Shown: positions 32,253 to 42,493 of the stretch, piece after piece
How positions within the stretch are numbered: the first letter of the stretch is position 1
Layout: each line of letters begins with the position of its first letter
Made by a program: the position numbers and the translations under genes
Notes under the pieces: generated by a model
Database searches by the model: none
What the model was told of the DNA's origin: nothing
What the model saw: the letters and a program-made list of their open reading frames with translations, nothing else
Assembly: GCA_963792965.1 (NCBI GenBank)
Contig: CAWBYW010000035.1
Coordinates: 32,001 to 96,000, forward strand
DNA: 64,000 nt
Source of the DNA: an uncultured delta proteobacterium
GTDB lineage: Bacteria > Desulfobacterota > Zymogenia > Zymogenales > Zymogenaceae
Reading direction: 5' to 3'

Positions 32253-32777
32253 TTACTTGTCGTGATCTCCCCACCCCTCGTGATGCCATCCTCCTCTCAT
32301 CCCCATGCCGGGGCCGAATCCGGGACCCATCATGCCGGGGCCTCCGAAGGAACACGGGCCGATGCCCATCCCGCCGCCGGGACCCATGAAGGCGTACGGA
32401 TCGGCCTTCAGCTGCTCGGCGGTCAAGAGCGCCCGCGCCTTAGTACGAAAATCTCGCAAGAGCGTGATGCGCGTGCCGTTAAGGGCCCTGATCTCGTCCT
32501 GGACCTTATCGATCGCCTTGATGTCCGGCGTATCGGCCAGGAAGAGCTTCTTCATCTGGAAATCCTTTTTTACTATCTGGTCGCTGATTTTTTCTTGATC
32601 ATTGAAGAGTTTCTCCTGAAGATCGATGAGCTTGCTCTTCTGGTCCGTGGTCAGGTTGAGCTTGCCCTCCGGGCCCCAGAATCCCGGCTTTTCATCCTTG
32701 GGGCCGGCCGCAAACGCCATGCCCGCGACCAACAGCACGGCAATAAGCGCCGCAATCAGGTACGTGTACTTTTTCAT
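32253..32777 (-). CDS. Spy/CpxP/ZraP family periplasmic chaperone
   Basis: Signal peptide, LNLTTDQ and LLTAEQ (LTxxQ) motifs, G/M/P/H-rich tail. Confidence 0.8.
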   Translation of the reverse strand: MKKYTYLIAALIAVLLVAGMAFAAGPKDEKPGFWGPEGKLNLTTDQKSKLIDLQEKLFNDQEKISDQIVKKDFQMKKLFLADTPDIKAIDKVQDEIRALNGTRITLLRDFRTKARALLTAEQLKADPYAFMGPGGGMGIGPCSFGGPGMMGPGFGPGMGMRGGWHHEGWGDHDK

Positions 32778-33038
32778 TCATTTCCTCCCTTTTGTTTGGT
32801 GCCGCTCTTTTTTCGACGCATCCAGCGGCATATCTGTGTATACGCTCTGCCTTGTCCTTTCGCGAGCCGCCTCCCGCGCCGTGACGCGCGATAGCGGCCG
32901 AGTGGACAGTTACTCTATTTAACCGGAGAGACAAAAGAACCCTTCGAATTCCCCACGCAAAAGACAAAAAAAGAGGCCGCATCACGTACGTGGAATGCGG
33001 CCTCGTTCGGACCTGTGCCGTCTGTCGGCACCGACGCG

Positions 33039-34379
33039 CTATATTTGCCGAGACATCTCTTTTGCCTTCTCCTTCATCAAGGTGCTGAGCGCCTGGCCGT
33101 CACGCGGGAACGTGAAGATCATCAGAAGCTGCAGCAGGCCGCACCCTATCCAGAAGAGGTTGGCGATATTGAAGGCCAAGACCCTCCCAAAGCCGATGAT
33201 GAAGAGGCTGATCAGCGCGGGACCGAATCCGTTGCCGAGCGAGTCGGTCAGGTTACTCAGCGAGAGGATCGATCCCCTTGTCTCGGGCGAGTTCACGTTG
33301 AGGGTAATCGCCTTGATGTTGGGAGCGGGCAGGATCACCGTGAAGCCCGTGATGAACGCGAGTGCGAGCGGCACAACCACGCTCGGATCCTTCACCCCTA
33401 TCTGCGACGGATAGTTGAGCAAAAACGCCATGGGAATCACCCCAACGATGCAGGCAAGACCGGTAAAGAGCGGCAGATACCGCGGGTTCCTGTTATAGAT
33501 CTTGTTCCCGATGAGCCCACCCACAAAAGACCCCACGAGCGTGGCCGCGCCGCCCGTCATGACGATGAGCGTGGCCATCTCCACCGAGAAGCCTTTGTTC
33601 TGGGAGTAGAAATCGTTGAGATAGATAAAGAAGACGCCCCACGGGATGCATCCCGGAATGCCCTGTACCAGCACCAGGAGATTCGTCTTGATCCTGAAGA
33701 TACTCCGATACAGGGAGGCGTTGATCTTCCCCGTATAGACCATCCCTTTCTCGATCAGCTCCTTGAGGCTCTCCTCGGCTATGCCCCTGGGCGGCTCTTT
33801 GACGGTGAGCCAGAAAAGGAGGATGAACAGGAAGTTCGGGCTCGCCACGATGATAAAGGGAAGACGCCAGCCGTATACCGGCCCGATGAAGCCGGCAATG
33901 AGCTGCCCCACTGCCACCCCCATTCCCTGAACGAGCGTGATCCACGCCGCGGCGGTTGCCCGGTGGCGGTGGGAAAAGAAGTCACCGATCATGGAGAAGG
34001 TAATCGGGATCAGCCCGCCGATTCCGATGCCCGTGAGCGCCCGCAGCCAGAAAAGCTGGGTATAGGTCTGCGCAAACCCCGAAAGCAGGCAGGGGATCTC
34101 ACCTACCAGCACAACGGCGATGAACAGGTTCTTGCGCGAGATCATGTCGGTGAAATAGCCGATGCCGAGTGTCACCACGGCACCGAGCACCCAGAAAACG
34201 AGTGATATCTGTCCTCCCAGCTTCACGTCGCGCTGGACCGCATCAAAGCCGAAGCTATTCGCTATCGCGGTCAGGTTCGGGGCCATGAGGTTCTGGTCCG
34301 CGAAGATGAGCAGGTTTATGAGGGCGATAAGTATCACCGTGTAAAGCTCTTTTCGACCGAAACTGTTCTGGTTCGTCAT
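33039..34379 (-). CDS. MFS transporter (spinster-like N-terminus)
   Basis: About 12 hydrophobic segments; FADQNLMAPNL, GYFTDMISRK, LRALTGIGIG, GWRLPF. Confidence 0.88.
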   Translation of the reverse strand: MTNQNSFGRKELYTVILIALINLLIFADQNLMAPNLTAIANSFGFDAVQRDVKLGGQISLVFWVLGAVVTLGIGYFTDMISRKNLFIAVVLVGEIPCLLSGFAQTYTQLFWLRALTGIGIGGLIPITFSMIGDFFSHRHRATAAAWITLVQGMGVAVGQLIAGFIGPVYGWRLPFIIVASPNFLFILLFWLTVKEPPRGIAEESLKELIEKGMVYTGKINASLYRSIFRIKTNLLVLVQGIPGCIPWGVFFIYLNDFYSQNKGFSVEMATLIVMTGGAATLVGSFVGGLIGNKIYNRNPRYLPLFTGLACIVGVIPMAFLLNYPSQIGVKDPSVVVPLALAFITGFTVILPAPNIKAITLNVNSPETRGSILSLSNLTDSLGNGFGPALISLFIIGFGRVLAFNIANLFWIGCGLLQLLMIFTFPRDGQALSTLMKEKAKEMSRQI

Positions 34380-34439
34380 GAGTGTCTCCCTTGGTGGATG
34401 TCATATGTTTTGACTTCTTCGTCTATAGGACCGTGGCCT

Positions 34440-36902
34440 TTATCTGCATACGAGATAGAAACTCACAATCTCATACGGAGAGAATTCGTGGGTAAAGACC
34501 CCCCCGGGATGGGGAAGCCTCCTGGATTTTCCATTGATCACTTCCACGACGTGCACCTCTTTAATCGGTATGTCCAAGGAGAACCGGGCTTTCCCTCCCG
34601 CGCCGGCACAATCGTAGCACCTGACGATAAGCCCTTCGTTATATGGATGGATCGCGCTTACGACCACCGAATCCGTATCGCACGTGAGGATCGCCGCCCC
34701 TCGACCGGTTCCCGTACATTTCAGAGATTTTATAATGAGGGGATTATTGAATTCGTATCCCCTTCTGGTCATCTCATCGACGCCTTCGACATCCAACACG
34801 ATCGCGTATTCGAAGCGGTGTGGGCCCCTCTCCCACGCCTGGGATTCTTTATAGAACTTCGTCTTTGCCCTCAGGTGGGTCTTTGCGTCGAGCGCACCGA
34901 AGGCCCCAACGCTCCCCTCGGATGCGAAATCACGGAGCGCCACGTGGTGTATCGGGTAGAGAGGGAACTCATACGTGTTGAAGCCGATCAGGTAAAGCTT
35001 AAGCGCTTTCATGAGGAGCGGCAGGGAGGGGATGAAGTTTTTTACGAGCCACCCTATCCATAAGAAAGACATCATCGAAATGCTTCTGAAAAGGACCAGC
35101 CCGAGCGTACTGCCGGCAAGTTCATGGCCCGGGATTCCCTTGTTGATGACCGCCACGCCGTAGTTCCTTCCCCTGTAGAGGACGCCGTTCTGGAAGGGCC
35201 ACGTTCCGCTCTCCTTCTTGGACGTATGAAACGGCTCCTCCCCGAACCACTCCCCACCGAGATAGAAGGGAAACGTATCCACGATCCTCTTGTCCTTCCC
35301 GAAGAAATCGATTTCGACGGCGAACCGCACCTCTTTTCCGTAAAACGGCAAAAGGATGCTCTTCCTGACCTGTGCCAGTCGATTTGACAGAGTGACCACG
35401 ATCTCACCGACGTATCCTTCCCCCTTCTTTACGACGATCTCCTTTACCTTCAAGGGGTGCTTTCTTCCGGTGGGCCTGGAAGCCCAGAGATTTCCGATGT
35501 CGTCTTCGACGACGATCTCGTTTCCGCTCCCTGAAAATACCTCTCGGTCCTTCTCTTTATCGTATATGGCCAGTGCCCCGCTCTTTTTGTCGACCGTAAT
35601 TCGGATCCGCTCGTTCTCCATCGAGTTCGGACTGACCGTGAGCGGAGAGGGGCCCGTCGCTTCGGGGCGCACCGGAGAGATGCCGAGAGGCTGCGCGGTG
35701 ACAACCTCCATCCGGCCGTCTATCTCGACGATTTCTCTTCTGTTCCAGCTGCACGGGTTTACGACGTAGCGGCAATCCCCAGAAAGCCAGCGGCTCAGGA
35801 ACTCATCATTTTTTTTAGCGCACTTGTCGATGATCTTTTCGGCCCTGCCGTATCTTTCCAACGATTTCCTGAAGACCCTGTCCGTCCCGGTGCCGCAGAT
35901 GGTGTCGTGAAAATCACTCTTCAAAACCTCCCACCACGCCTGCCTCATCTCCTCGTGAGGATAGGGGGCGCCCAGCACCTGACAAAGGGAAAGGAGCTTT
36001 TCGGTTGAACAGAGCCTGTTTTCGAGCTCCCTGCCCCGCTTCTTCAGCCTCTCCCGCGACGAAAAGTACCCGGAATAGATCGGGGCGAACTCCTCCTGGA
36101 TCTCGGGGAGAGTCTCCTTTTCGACGAGCCTGAAGAACGCGCTCGGGGTGGAAAAGGACATGTGGACCGATTCGGTCTTGTTCCACAGCTCCACGGACTC
36201 GATCCAGTCCTGTGTCGGTATGGAGAAGTCGCCTCCGAGCGGGATCATGAGATACGGGACCGGCGAGCGCTCTCCCTCGAAGGGGATCCTGACCTTCATC
36301 TCCTTGAAGAACTTCTTGATATTTTCCTTGCGCGACGCCGTGGGCTCCGCGCAGGTATAGTGGGCCGCCCACCAGTAGGCCGTTATCTTTTTTCGCGGGG
36401 AAGGCGAGACCCATCTGAACAGCGTCGGGTGCAGCGCGTCGTATGGGTGGACCCCCCGACAAAAGACGAAATGCGTGAAACCCAGCATCTGCATGATCTG
36501 GGGAATCTGGGTAGGATGGGAGAATTCGTCTATCTCCCAGGCGACCTTGATGTCCAGGCCGAAGGTCTCCTTGTACCACTCTTTTCCAATGGAGAACTGC
36601 CTGATGAGCCCCTCCCCGGTGGGGATACCCTCGTCCGGGGAAACGACGCCTCCGCCGACGAGCTCAAGCCTTCCCTCGTCTATGTATTTCTTTATCTCGC
36701 CGGCGGAGCCGGGGTTTTGTTCGAGGAAATACTTGAGGGGGAGCACGGTATCGATGACGAAGGTGAACTGGGGAAATTTCCTCAGGAGATCGAGGCCTTT
36801 TTCGATGATGATGAGGGCGTCCTGCTCGTGGTGCGGCTCTTCCTTCCACCATTCGAAATCAAAATGGAAATGGGGGATGAGAAATACTTTTTCTATCTCC
36901 AT
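34440..36902 (-). CDS. Glycoside hydrolase family 38 (alpha-mannosidase-like)
   Basis: PHFHFDFEW metal motif, GRLELVGGG, GEGLIRQ, WEIDEFSH nucleophile region, FHDTICGT. Confidence 0.85.
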   Translation of the reverse strand: MEIEKVFLIPHFHFDFEWWKEEPHHEQDALIIIEKGLDLLRKFPQFTFVIDTVLPLKYFLEQNPGSAGEIKKYIDEGRLELVGGGVVSPDEGIPTGEGLIRQFSIGKEWYKETFGLDIKVAWEIDEFSHPTQIPQIMQMLGFTHFVFCRGVHPYDALHPTLFRWVSPSPRKKITAYWWAAHYTCAEPTASRKENIKKFFKEMKVRIPFEGERSPVPYLMIPLGGDFSIPTQDWIESVELWNKTESVHMSFSTPSAFFRLVEKETLPEIQEEFAPIYSGYFSSRERLKKRGRELENRLCSTEKLLSLCQVLGAPYPHEEMRQAWWEVLKSDFHDTICGTGTDRVFRKSLERYGRAEKIIDKCAKKNDEFLSRWLSGDCRYVVNPCSWNRREIVEIDGRMEVVTAQPLGISPVRPEATGPSPLTVSPNSMENERIRITVDKKSGALAIYDKEKDREVFSGSGNEIVVEDDIGNLWASRPTGRKHPLKVKEIVVKKGEGYVGEIVVTLSNRLAQVRKSILLPFYGKEVRFAVEIDFFGKDKRIVDTFPFYLGGEWFGEEPFHTSKKESGTWPFQNGVLYRGRNYGVAVINKGIPGHELAGSTLGLVLFRSISMMSFLWIGWLVKNFIPSLPLLMKALKLYLIGFNTYEFPLYPIHHVALRDFASEGSVGAFGALDAKTHLRAKTKFYKESQAWERGPHRFEYAIVLDVEGVDEMTRRGYEFNNPLIIKSLKCTGTGRGAAILTCDTDSVVVSAIHPYNEGLIVRCYDCAGAGGKARFSLDIPIKEVHVVEVINGKSRRLPHPGGVFTHEFSPYEIVSFYLVCR

Positions 36903-36955
36903 CGTCGGCTCACTGCTCCATGTTATCGGTTTTTGCCCACAAGACCGAAACCACC

Positions 36956-38449
36956 TCAAACCGGGTCCGGTTTCAGCCTTCGATAAATCTCCCGGTATTT
37001 ATCGTACATCTCGTCGTAGGTCTTCTTAGCCTCCTTACGCGGCACGATGACCTCATCCCGGTAGCGAACCCATGCTTTCGTCGCCTCGTCGATATCCCGA
37101 AACACGCCGCTTCCCACCGCCGCCAGAAGTGCGGCGCCGTAGGCGGAGCCTTCATCCACCCTCGGAGATCTCAGCGAGACACCCAGGACGTCCGAAAAAA
37201 TCCGGGCCCACACGGCGCTCTTCCCGCCGCCGCCGGTGAGAACCAGCTCATCCGGTACGTCCGCCCTCCGGCCGAGGGCATCGTAGGCCTCCCGGAGGGA
37301 AAACGCGACGCCTTCCATCACCGCCCTGGCAAAGTGCCCCCTCCCGTGGCTGATGTCGATCCCGTAAAAGAGGCCGCGGGCGGCCGCGTCCATATGGGGA
37401 GTCCTCTCTCCCCTCAGATACGGCAGGAAGATGAGGCCGTCGGAGCCGGGGGGGGCGGCGGCGGCCATCTGATCGAGGATTCGGAACGATTCCCCACCCG
37501 TCAATGTATCCCTGAACCATTTCAGCGAGAGGCCGGCGGCGAGCGTCGCCCCCATATAGTAGAAAATGTCGTGCACGCAGTGGCAGAAGGTGTGGATCTC
37601 AAATCCCTTCTCATTACCGGGGTCGCTGAGCTTACCGACGGGTAACAGTATCTGTCCCCCGGTGCCGACGGTGAGAGAGGCCGAGTCCTGTCGTATGATC
37701 CCGTTTCCGACCGCCTGTACGGGCTGGTCCCCGCCCCCGTAGACCACCGGTACCGAAGCCGCAAACGAGAGCTCGGCCACGGCCTCGTCGGTCAGTACGC
37801 CCGCGACGTCGTCGGAATGGTGGACGTCGGAAAGGATATCGGGCGGGATGTTGAGTGCATCGAGCACTTCGGGTGCCCACGCGCGCCCCTCGATATCGAA
37901 GAGCCCCGTCGCCGAGGCGTCGGTGATGTCGGTGCCGAGAGCACCCACGAGCCTCATCCTGATGTAGTCTTTCGGCTGTACGACCTTCCGCGTTTGACCA
38001 TAGACGTCCGGCTCGTTCTTTTTCACCCACAGGATGGAGGGCGCCGTAAATCCCACCGGGACCGCGTTTTTCACCGTTCGGAAAAGCCCGAGCCGCCCAA
38101 AACTCTCGGAGATGAAGCCGGCCTCCTCGGTGGCCCTTTTGTCGGCCCAGAGGATTGCCCGCCTCAACACCTCCCCCCTCCCCCCGAGGAAGACGGCGGT
38201 GTGCATCTGGCCGGAGAGGCCTACGGCCCTGACCTCGTACCCTTTCTCGGAAGCGGCCTTTACCTCCCGCACCGCCGACACCACCGCGTCCCACCATGTC
38301 CGCGGATCCTGCTCGGCGGCGCCCGACGTTCGGGTCTCGATGTCGTAGTTTCTCAGCGAGGTGCCTAAGAGCTTACCCGACTCCGAGACAAGGACCGCCT
38401 TTGTGGTGGAGGTGCCGACGTCTATCCCGAGAAATGCCAGCTTTGTCAT
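36956..38449 (-). CDS. xylB: Xylulokinase-like FGGY sugar kinase
   Basis: GIDVGTSTTK, GLSGQMH, QPKDYIR, TDITDASAT, GGGDQ, FLPYLRGERTPH, AVMEGVAF. Confidence 0.8.
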   Translation of the reverse strand: MTKLAFLGIDVGTSTTKAVLVSESGKLLGTSLRNYDIETRTSGAAEQDPRTWWDAVVSAVREVKAASEKGYEVRAVGLSGQMHTAVFLGGRGEVLRRAILWADKRATEEAGFISESFGRLGLFRTVKNAVPVGFTAPSILWVKKNEPDVYGQTRKVVQPKDYIRMRLVGALGTDITDASATGLFDIEGRAWAPEVLDALNIPPDILSDVHHSDDVAGVLTDEAVAELSFAASVPVVYGGGDQPVQAVGNGIIRQDSASLTVGTGGQILLPVGKLSDPGNEKGFEIHTFCHCVHDIFYYMGATLAAGLSLKWFRDTLTGGESFRILDQMAAAAPPGSDGLIFLPYLRGERTPHMDAAARGLFYGIDISHGRGHFARAVMEGVAFSLREAYDALGRRADVPDELVLTGGGGKSAVWARIFSDVLGVSLRSPRVDEGSAYGAALLAAVGSGVFRDIDEATKAWVRYRDEVIVPRKEAKKTYDEMYDKYREIYRRLKPDPV

Positions 38450-38695
38450 GATCGGGCAACCCACCGGGTCCCGTCGTGTGACCGGGCTCCCGGGCCGTCC
38501 GAGACGGCCGTCGCGCGGGCTGCCTTCGGCCTGTCCGTGCAGACTCCTGGGAGTTTGCGCTTACAGCTTCTCATATATTCCCGGGCACTTTCCACGGCCG
38601 TCTCTCGTCGTGTCCTCCGGACAGGTCCGGTCCAATAGACCTCTTGCGGCGCTCCGTCCGGGGCTTTCCTGATCGTCTGTATCGTAATGATGTAT

Positions 38696-38771
38696 TGGCG
38701 CGCCCGGCAGGAATTGAACCTGCGGCCCACGGATTAGAAGTCCGTTGCTCTATCCCCTGAGCTACGGGCGC
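38696..38771 (-). tRNA. tRNA-Arg(UCU)
   Basis: GCGCCCGTAGCTCAGGGGATAGAGCAACGGACTTCTAATCCGTGGGCCGCAGGTTCAATTCCTGCCGGGCGCGCCA: cloverleaf, anticodon TCT, encoded CCA. Confidence 0.97.
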
Positions 38772-38871
38772 ATAGATAGGCATACTGTTGGATGAGTCCT
38801 TACGGGGAAGCTCCTCACAAGTGAAGCTCTTTTCGCCCACATTTCATTAGTATCAATTTTTGGAAATCGTG

Positions 38872-40149
38872 TCAAATAAAATCATGGCCGTGGCCCCGCC
38901 GACCGCGCGTTACCACCCAATAGGAAAGCCCGGAGACGATCATTGCCGGCAGCGACGCCCCCACCTCGGGAAAAAGTCGGTACATCAGGTGATAGAAGAC
39001 GAACCCGAGGAGCCATGCGCCAAAGGCCCTGACGTTGAAGCCGCCCCGGTACCAGTATTTCCCCGTGCCTGAGAGCGCCGAGACATCGATCGCTTTTTTG
39101 CGGAGGATAAAGTAGTCGATAAGCACCACCCCGAAGAGCGGGCAAAAGACCGAGCCGATGAGGAGCAGAAAGTTCTCGTACTCCTGGGCGGGAAAGACCA
39201 GCGCGACGGCCGTGCCTATCAGGCCCGCAAGGACAACCCCCCACCTTCCCTTCAATCGGGAGAAGATGCTCTGGGCCGAGACGGCTGCAGAAAAGATGTC
39301 CAAAAACGTCGTTGTAACGGTCGAGAAGACCACTACGAGGACCGCCGGCACGATCAGCCCGAACCTTCCCATCGTGTCGATGATCATGGCATCCGGGGTC
39401 TCGGTCCCCGTGGCGAGGGAAGTGATCAGCCCCAGCAGGTACATCCATGAGCCGACGAGGAAATAGCCCACCCACGTCCCCCAGAAGGCCCCCCGGGTGG
39501 TCTTTGCGAAGCGGGAGTAGTCCGACACGAGCGGGAGCCACGATATCGGCATCGCGATCACGAGGTCCAGCGCCAGGCCGAAACCCATCGGGCTCGTTCG
39601 GGAGGCGCCCGTCCGGACGATGGAGCCGATATCGTAGGCGAATACGACCCGGTAGGTCATAAAGAGACAGAGAACTATCAGCATCGTCACCGCCGCCCGC
39701 TCGAGCCACTTCCATACTTCGTGGCCGGCAAGAGCCCAGAGGGTGGTGAGGATTCCGGTGGCCGCCGCCCAGATACGGTAGTCCACCGATGGGAAGAGCG
39801 AGCTCAACGCGTTTCCCGTGACCAGAAGCATGACGGCCGTCCAGCCGATCAGTTGGACGATGTTCAGGGCCGCCGCAAAACGTGCGCCGAACACCCCGAA
39901 TGCGGGCCGCACGGAGACCATCGTCGGGACGCCGTGCCGGCTCCCGATGATGCCGCCCATGCCGAGGAGGGTGTTGCCGGCTACGTGACCGATGACGATG
40001 GCCACAAGCGCGGCCATAAATCCCGCACCGGCCAGCGTGCCTCCGGCCCATATCTCGGCAAGCGAGACCGCCGCCCCCGCCCAGAGAAAGAAGAAGTCGA
40101 TGCCGGTGAGATTTCTCTCGCCGCCCTGGTCTTTACCTTTTTTCCCCAT
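38872..40149 (-). CDS. cytX: Hydroxymethylpyrimidine transporter CytX (NCS1 family)
   Basis: LWAGAAVSLAEIWAG, LNIVQLIGWTAVM, DLVIAMPISWLPLVSDYSR, STVTTTFLD; TPP riboswitch upstream. Confidence 0.85.
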   Translation of the reverse strand: MGKKGKDQGGERNLTGIDFFFLWAGAAVSLAEIWAGGTLAGAGFMAALVAIVIGHVAGNTLLGMGGIIGSRHGVPTMVSVRPAFGVFGARFAAALNIVQLIGWTAVMLLVTGNALSSLFPSVDYRIWAAATGILTTLWALAGHEVWKWLERAAVTMLIVLCLFMTYRVVFAYDIGSIVRTGASRTSPMGFGLALDLVIAMPISWLPLVSDYSRFAKTTRGAFWGTWVGYFLVGSWMYLLGLITSLATGTETPDAMIIDTMGRFGLIVPAVLVVVFSTVTTTFLDIFSAAVSAQSIFSRLKGRWGVVLAGLIGTAVALVFPAQEYENFLLLIGSVFCPLFGVVLIDYFILRKKAIDVSALSGTGKYWYRGGFNVRAFGAWLLGFVFYHLMYRLFPEVGASLPAMIVSGLSYWVVTRGRRGHGHDFI

Positions 40150-40161
40150 ACGGCCCCCCCA

Positions 40162-40200
40162 AAATAGAAACGCCGAAGCCCGGGGGAGCGGATTTCGGCG
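40162..40200 (-). terminator. Expression-platform terminator of the cytX TPP riboswitch
   Basis: Minus strand cgccgaa...ttcggcg followed by tttctattt. Confidence 0.6.
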
Positions 40201-40209
40201 GATCTGTCA

Positions 40210-40340
40210 GTGCTTCCCTACGCAGGCATTACCCTTGTCAGGTTCATGGGGTCATCGCATTTAACGAACTCTCAGCCTGCATTCGCTCGGCGGCGCGTGC
40301 ATGCGCCATCCGCCCTTCCGAATCGGGCTCCCCCAGCATC
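40210..40340 (-). ncRNA. TPP riboswitch (cytX)
   Basis: Minus strand GGGG...GGCTGAGA...GACCC..GAACCTGA...GGTAATGCCTGCGTAGGGAAG, with an extended P3. Confidence 0.92.
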
Positions 40341-40461
40341 TTTTTATACACTCTACCGCGAAACCACCGGCGAGTCAATGAATTTTCTTGACCATCCCGC
40401 TGATGGGGCGTACCATGATATACATATTCGTCGGGCGGATTCTGCCCGAGCGATCTTTGAG

Positions 40462-40536
40462 AAAGAACGGGGGTGCCCATCGGGGCTGAGATCATACCCT
40501 TCGAACCTGATCCGGGTAATGCCGGCGGAGGAAGTC
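40462..40536 (+). ncRNA. TPP riboswitch (thiD)
   Basis: GGGGTGC...GCTGAGATCATACCCTTCGAACCTGATCCGGGTAATGCCGGCGGAGGAAG, followed by terminator gccgccgg-aacc-ccggcggc-tttt at ~40559-40585. Confidence 0.93.
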
Positions 40537-40684
40537 CACCAAAACAATATCGATAACGGCCGCCGGAACCCCGGCGGCTTTTCTTATTTCTGTGACGTGA
40601 GCACGGCCGTGAAACTTGATGAAATCAGCACCTCACGAGCAATCGGCCACGCACATCATCAAGCGACTGAAACAGGAGCATGAG

Positions 40685-41483
40685 ATGTTTCGCGTTCTCA
40701 CCATCGCCGGTTCCGATTCCGGGGGAGGCGCCGGAATCCAGGCCGACATCAAGACGATCACGTCGCTTGGCGGATACGCCACGACCGTCCTGACGGCCCT
40801 CACCGCCCAGAATACCGTGGGGGTCACGGCGGTCCATGAGGTGCCTCCCGATTTTATCCGTGCGCAGTTTGATGCCGTCATGAGCCGACATCGGGACGGA
40901 CGCCGCCAAGACCGGAATGCTGGCCTCCCCGCCGGTCGTTCGCGCCGTGGCCGAGAAGGTGCGCCAGTACGACATTGACAAGCTCGTCGTCGATCCCGTG
41001 ATGGTGGCAAAGAGCGGTGATACCCTTTTGTCCGGCGAGGGTAAGGATACCCTGATCGAAAAGCTGCTCCCCCTTGCCTTTATCGTCACACCCAACATCC
41101 CCGAGGCCGAGATTATCGCGAACATGAAGATCGGCGGCCCCGCCGACATGGAGAAGGCGGCGCGCTCCATCGCACGGCTCGGCCCAAAATACGTCATCGT
41201 CAAGGGGGGCCACCTCGAGGGAGAGTTGGTCGATATCCTGTTTGACGGGAGCGACTGCATCCGCTTTCCGAAGCCCCGTATCGACACCAAGAACACCCAC
41301 GGCACGGGGTGTACCTTCTCCGCGGCGATCGCCGCGGGGCTGGCGGCGGGCATGGACGTGATGGCGGCGGTAGAGCAGGCCGAGGCCTATATCGAGATCG
41401 CCATCACCTTTTCCCTTGCGCTGGGGAAGGGTCACGGCCCGACGGACCACACGGCCTGGTTCATGCGTGAGAGAGAACGATAA
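40685..41483 (+). CDS. thiD: Hydroxymethylpyrimidine/phosphomethylpyrimidine kinase, frameshift at ~40885
   Basis: [29 protein letters not shown]; second frame [34 protein letters not shown]. Confidence 0.92.
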
Positions 41484-41547
41484 ACGGTTATCGTCCCGGC
41501 CGTCCCCGTCTTCGGCGCATCGCAACACGACCCCGGCACAAAGGAGC

Positions 41548-41661
41548 GCGCCCCCCGACCCTATCTACGACCGGGGGGACATCGGCAAGGAGCCGATGAT
41601 CATGCTTTTAGGCACCGACCCCACGGACGTCGCGAGAAAGGTGCTCTTATTGCTCGATTGA
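41548..41661 (+). pseudogene. C-terminal remnant of a ThiN-type thiamine-phosphate synthase domain
   Basis: Translates as PPDPIYDRGDIGKEPMIMLLGTDPTDVARKV, the ThiN C-terminal motif, with no start codon or N-terminal part. Confidence 0.7.
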
Positions 41662-41726
41662 TTTTCTCTGGACAACGTGCCCGTTTTCATGTATGAAAGA
41701 GAAAACGGTTATGGGGATCCCCTCAC

Positions 41727-42473
41727 ATGGACGAGCAAAAGAGCAAGAAGCTGGACGGTGAGTTTCAGGGCCTCACGGTGCCCGAGGCGGCGCGGGCCTA
41801 TAAAGAGATGGCCGATACGATCCTGGCCACGATGTACGCGCTCGTCGCCGACGAGCTCCTCATCAGGACGAGAGATCGGATTGCTCGGGGGGACCCGATG
41901 ACCCTCCTTGACATCGGCACCGGCATGGGTAATCTTGCCGCCGAGCTCGCCAAAAGGTTCGGGGGCCACACCGTCATGGCGCTGGATCTTTCACCCGCGG
42001 TGATACGGGAGGCGGTTTCGCTCGGGGGGCTGCCGGAAGGTATTCGGCCGGTGGCGGGCGACGCCACACAGCTGCCCATGCGGGACGGCACGCTTGACGT
42101 CATCGCGTCCTACGGCACCGTCCACCACGTGCCGGACAAGACTCGCTTCTTCGCGGAGATCTATCGAGCGCTGGCCACGGGGGGCGTGGCGCTCGTTATC
42201 GACCTGAACAGCCAGGCCCAACAACCGATCATCCATGTCATCGCAGCATCGCTCTCAAAGGCCGCGGCCGGCGCATTTCTGGAGTCAATGAGGGAATCGG
42301 TCGCGCCCGGTATCGTCGAAGAGATCCTTCGCGGCGCCGGTATCCCCGACTTCACCGTGACCACGTCCCCCATCTCCCGCCGGGCTGTGGCGATGAACGC
42401 CGATGCGCTCAGAAAAGCTCCCCTCAGGGTCCCCCCTACCGCGATCGTCTGGGGGGCGCTGATAAGAAAATAG
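41727..42473 (+). CDS. Class I SAM-dependent methyltransferase
   Basis: LLDIGTGMG, ALDLS, GDATQLP, EIYRALATGG. Confidence 0.85.
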   Translation: MDEQKSKKLDGEFQGLTVPEAARAYKEMADTILATMYALVADELLIRTRDRIARGDPMTLLDIGTGMGNLAAELAKRFGGHTVMALDLSPAVIREAVSLGGLPEGIRPVAGDATQLPMRDGTLDVIASYGTVHHVPDKTRFFAEIYRALATGGVALVIDLNSQAQQPIIHVIAASLSKAAAGAFLESMRESVAPGIVEEILRGAGIPDFTVTTSPISRRAVAMNADALRKAPLRVPPTAIVWGALIRK

Positions 42474-42493
42474 GCGAAAAGACGACCCTCCCC

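Noticed and set aside
32836-32853. Sigma54 promoter for the Spy/ZraP-like gene
   Set aside because: The -24 GGCA is present but the -12 position reads AC rather than GC.
38696-38771. tRNA-Arg as the integration site of a genomic island
   Set aside because: No integrase and no duplicated tRNA 3' end seen in the window; the flanking genes are metabolic.
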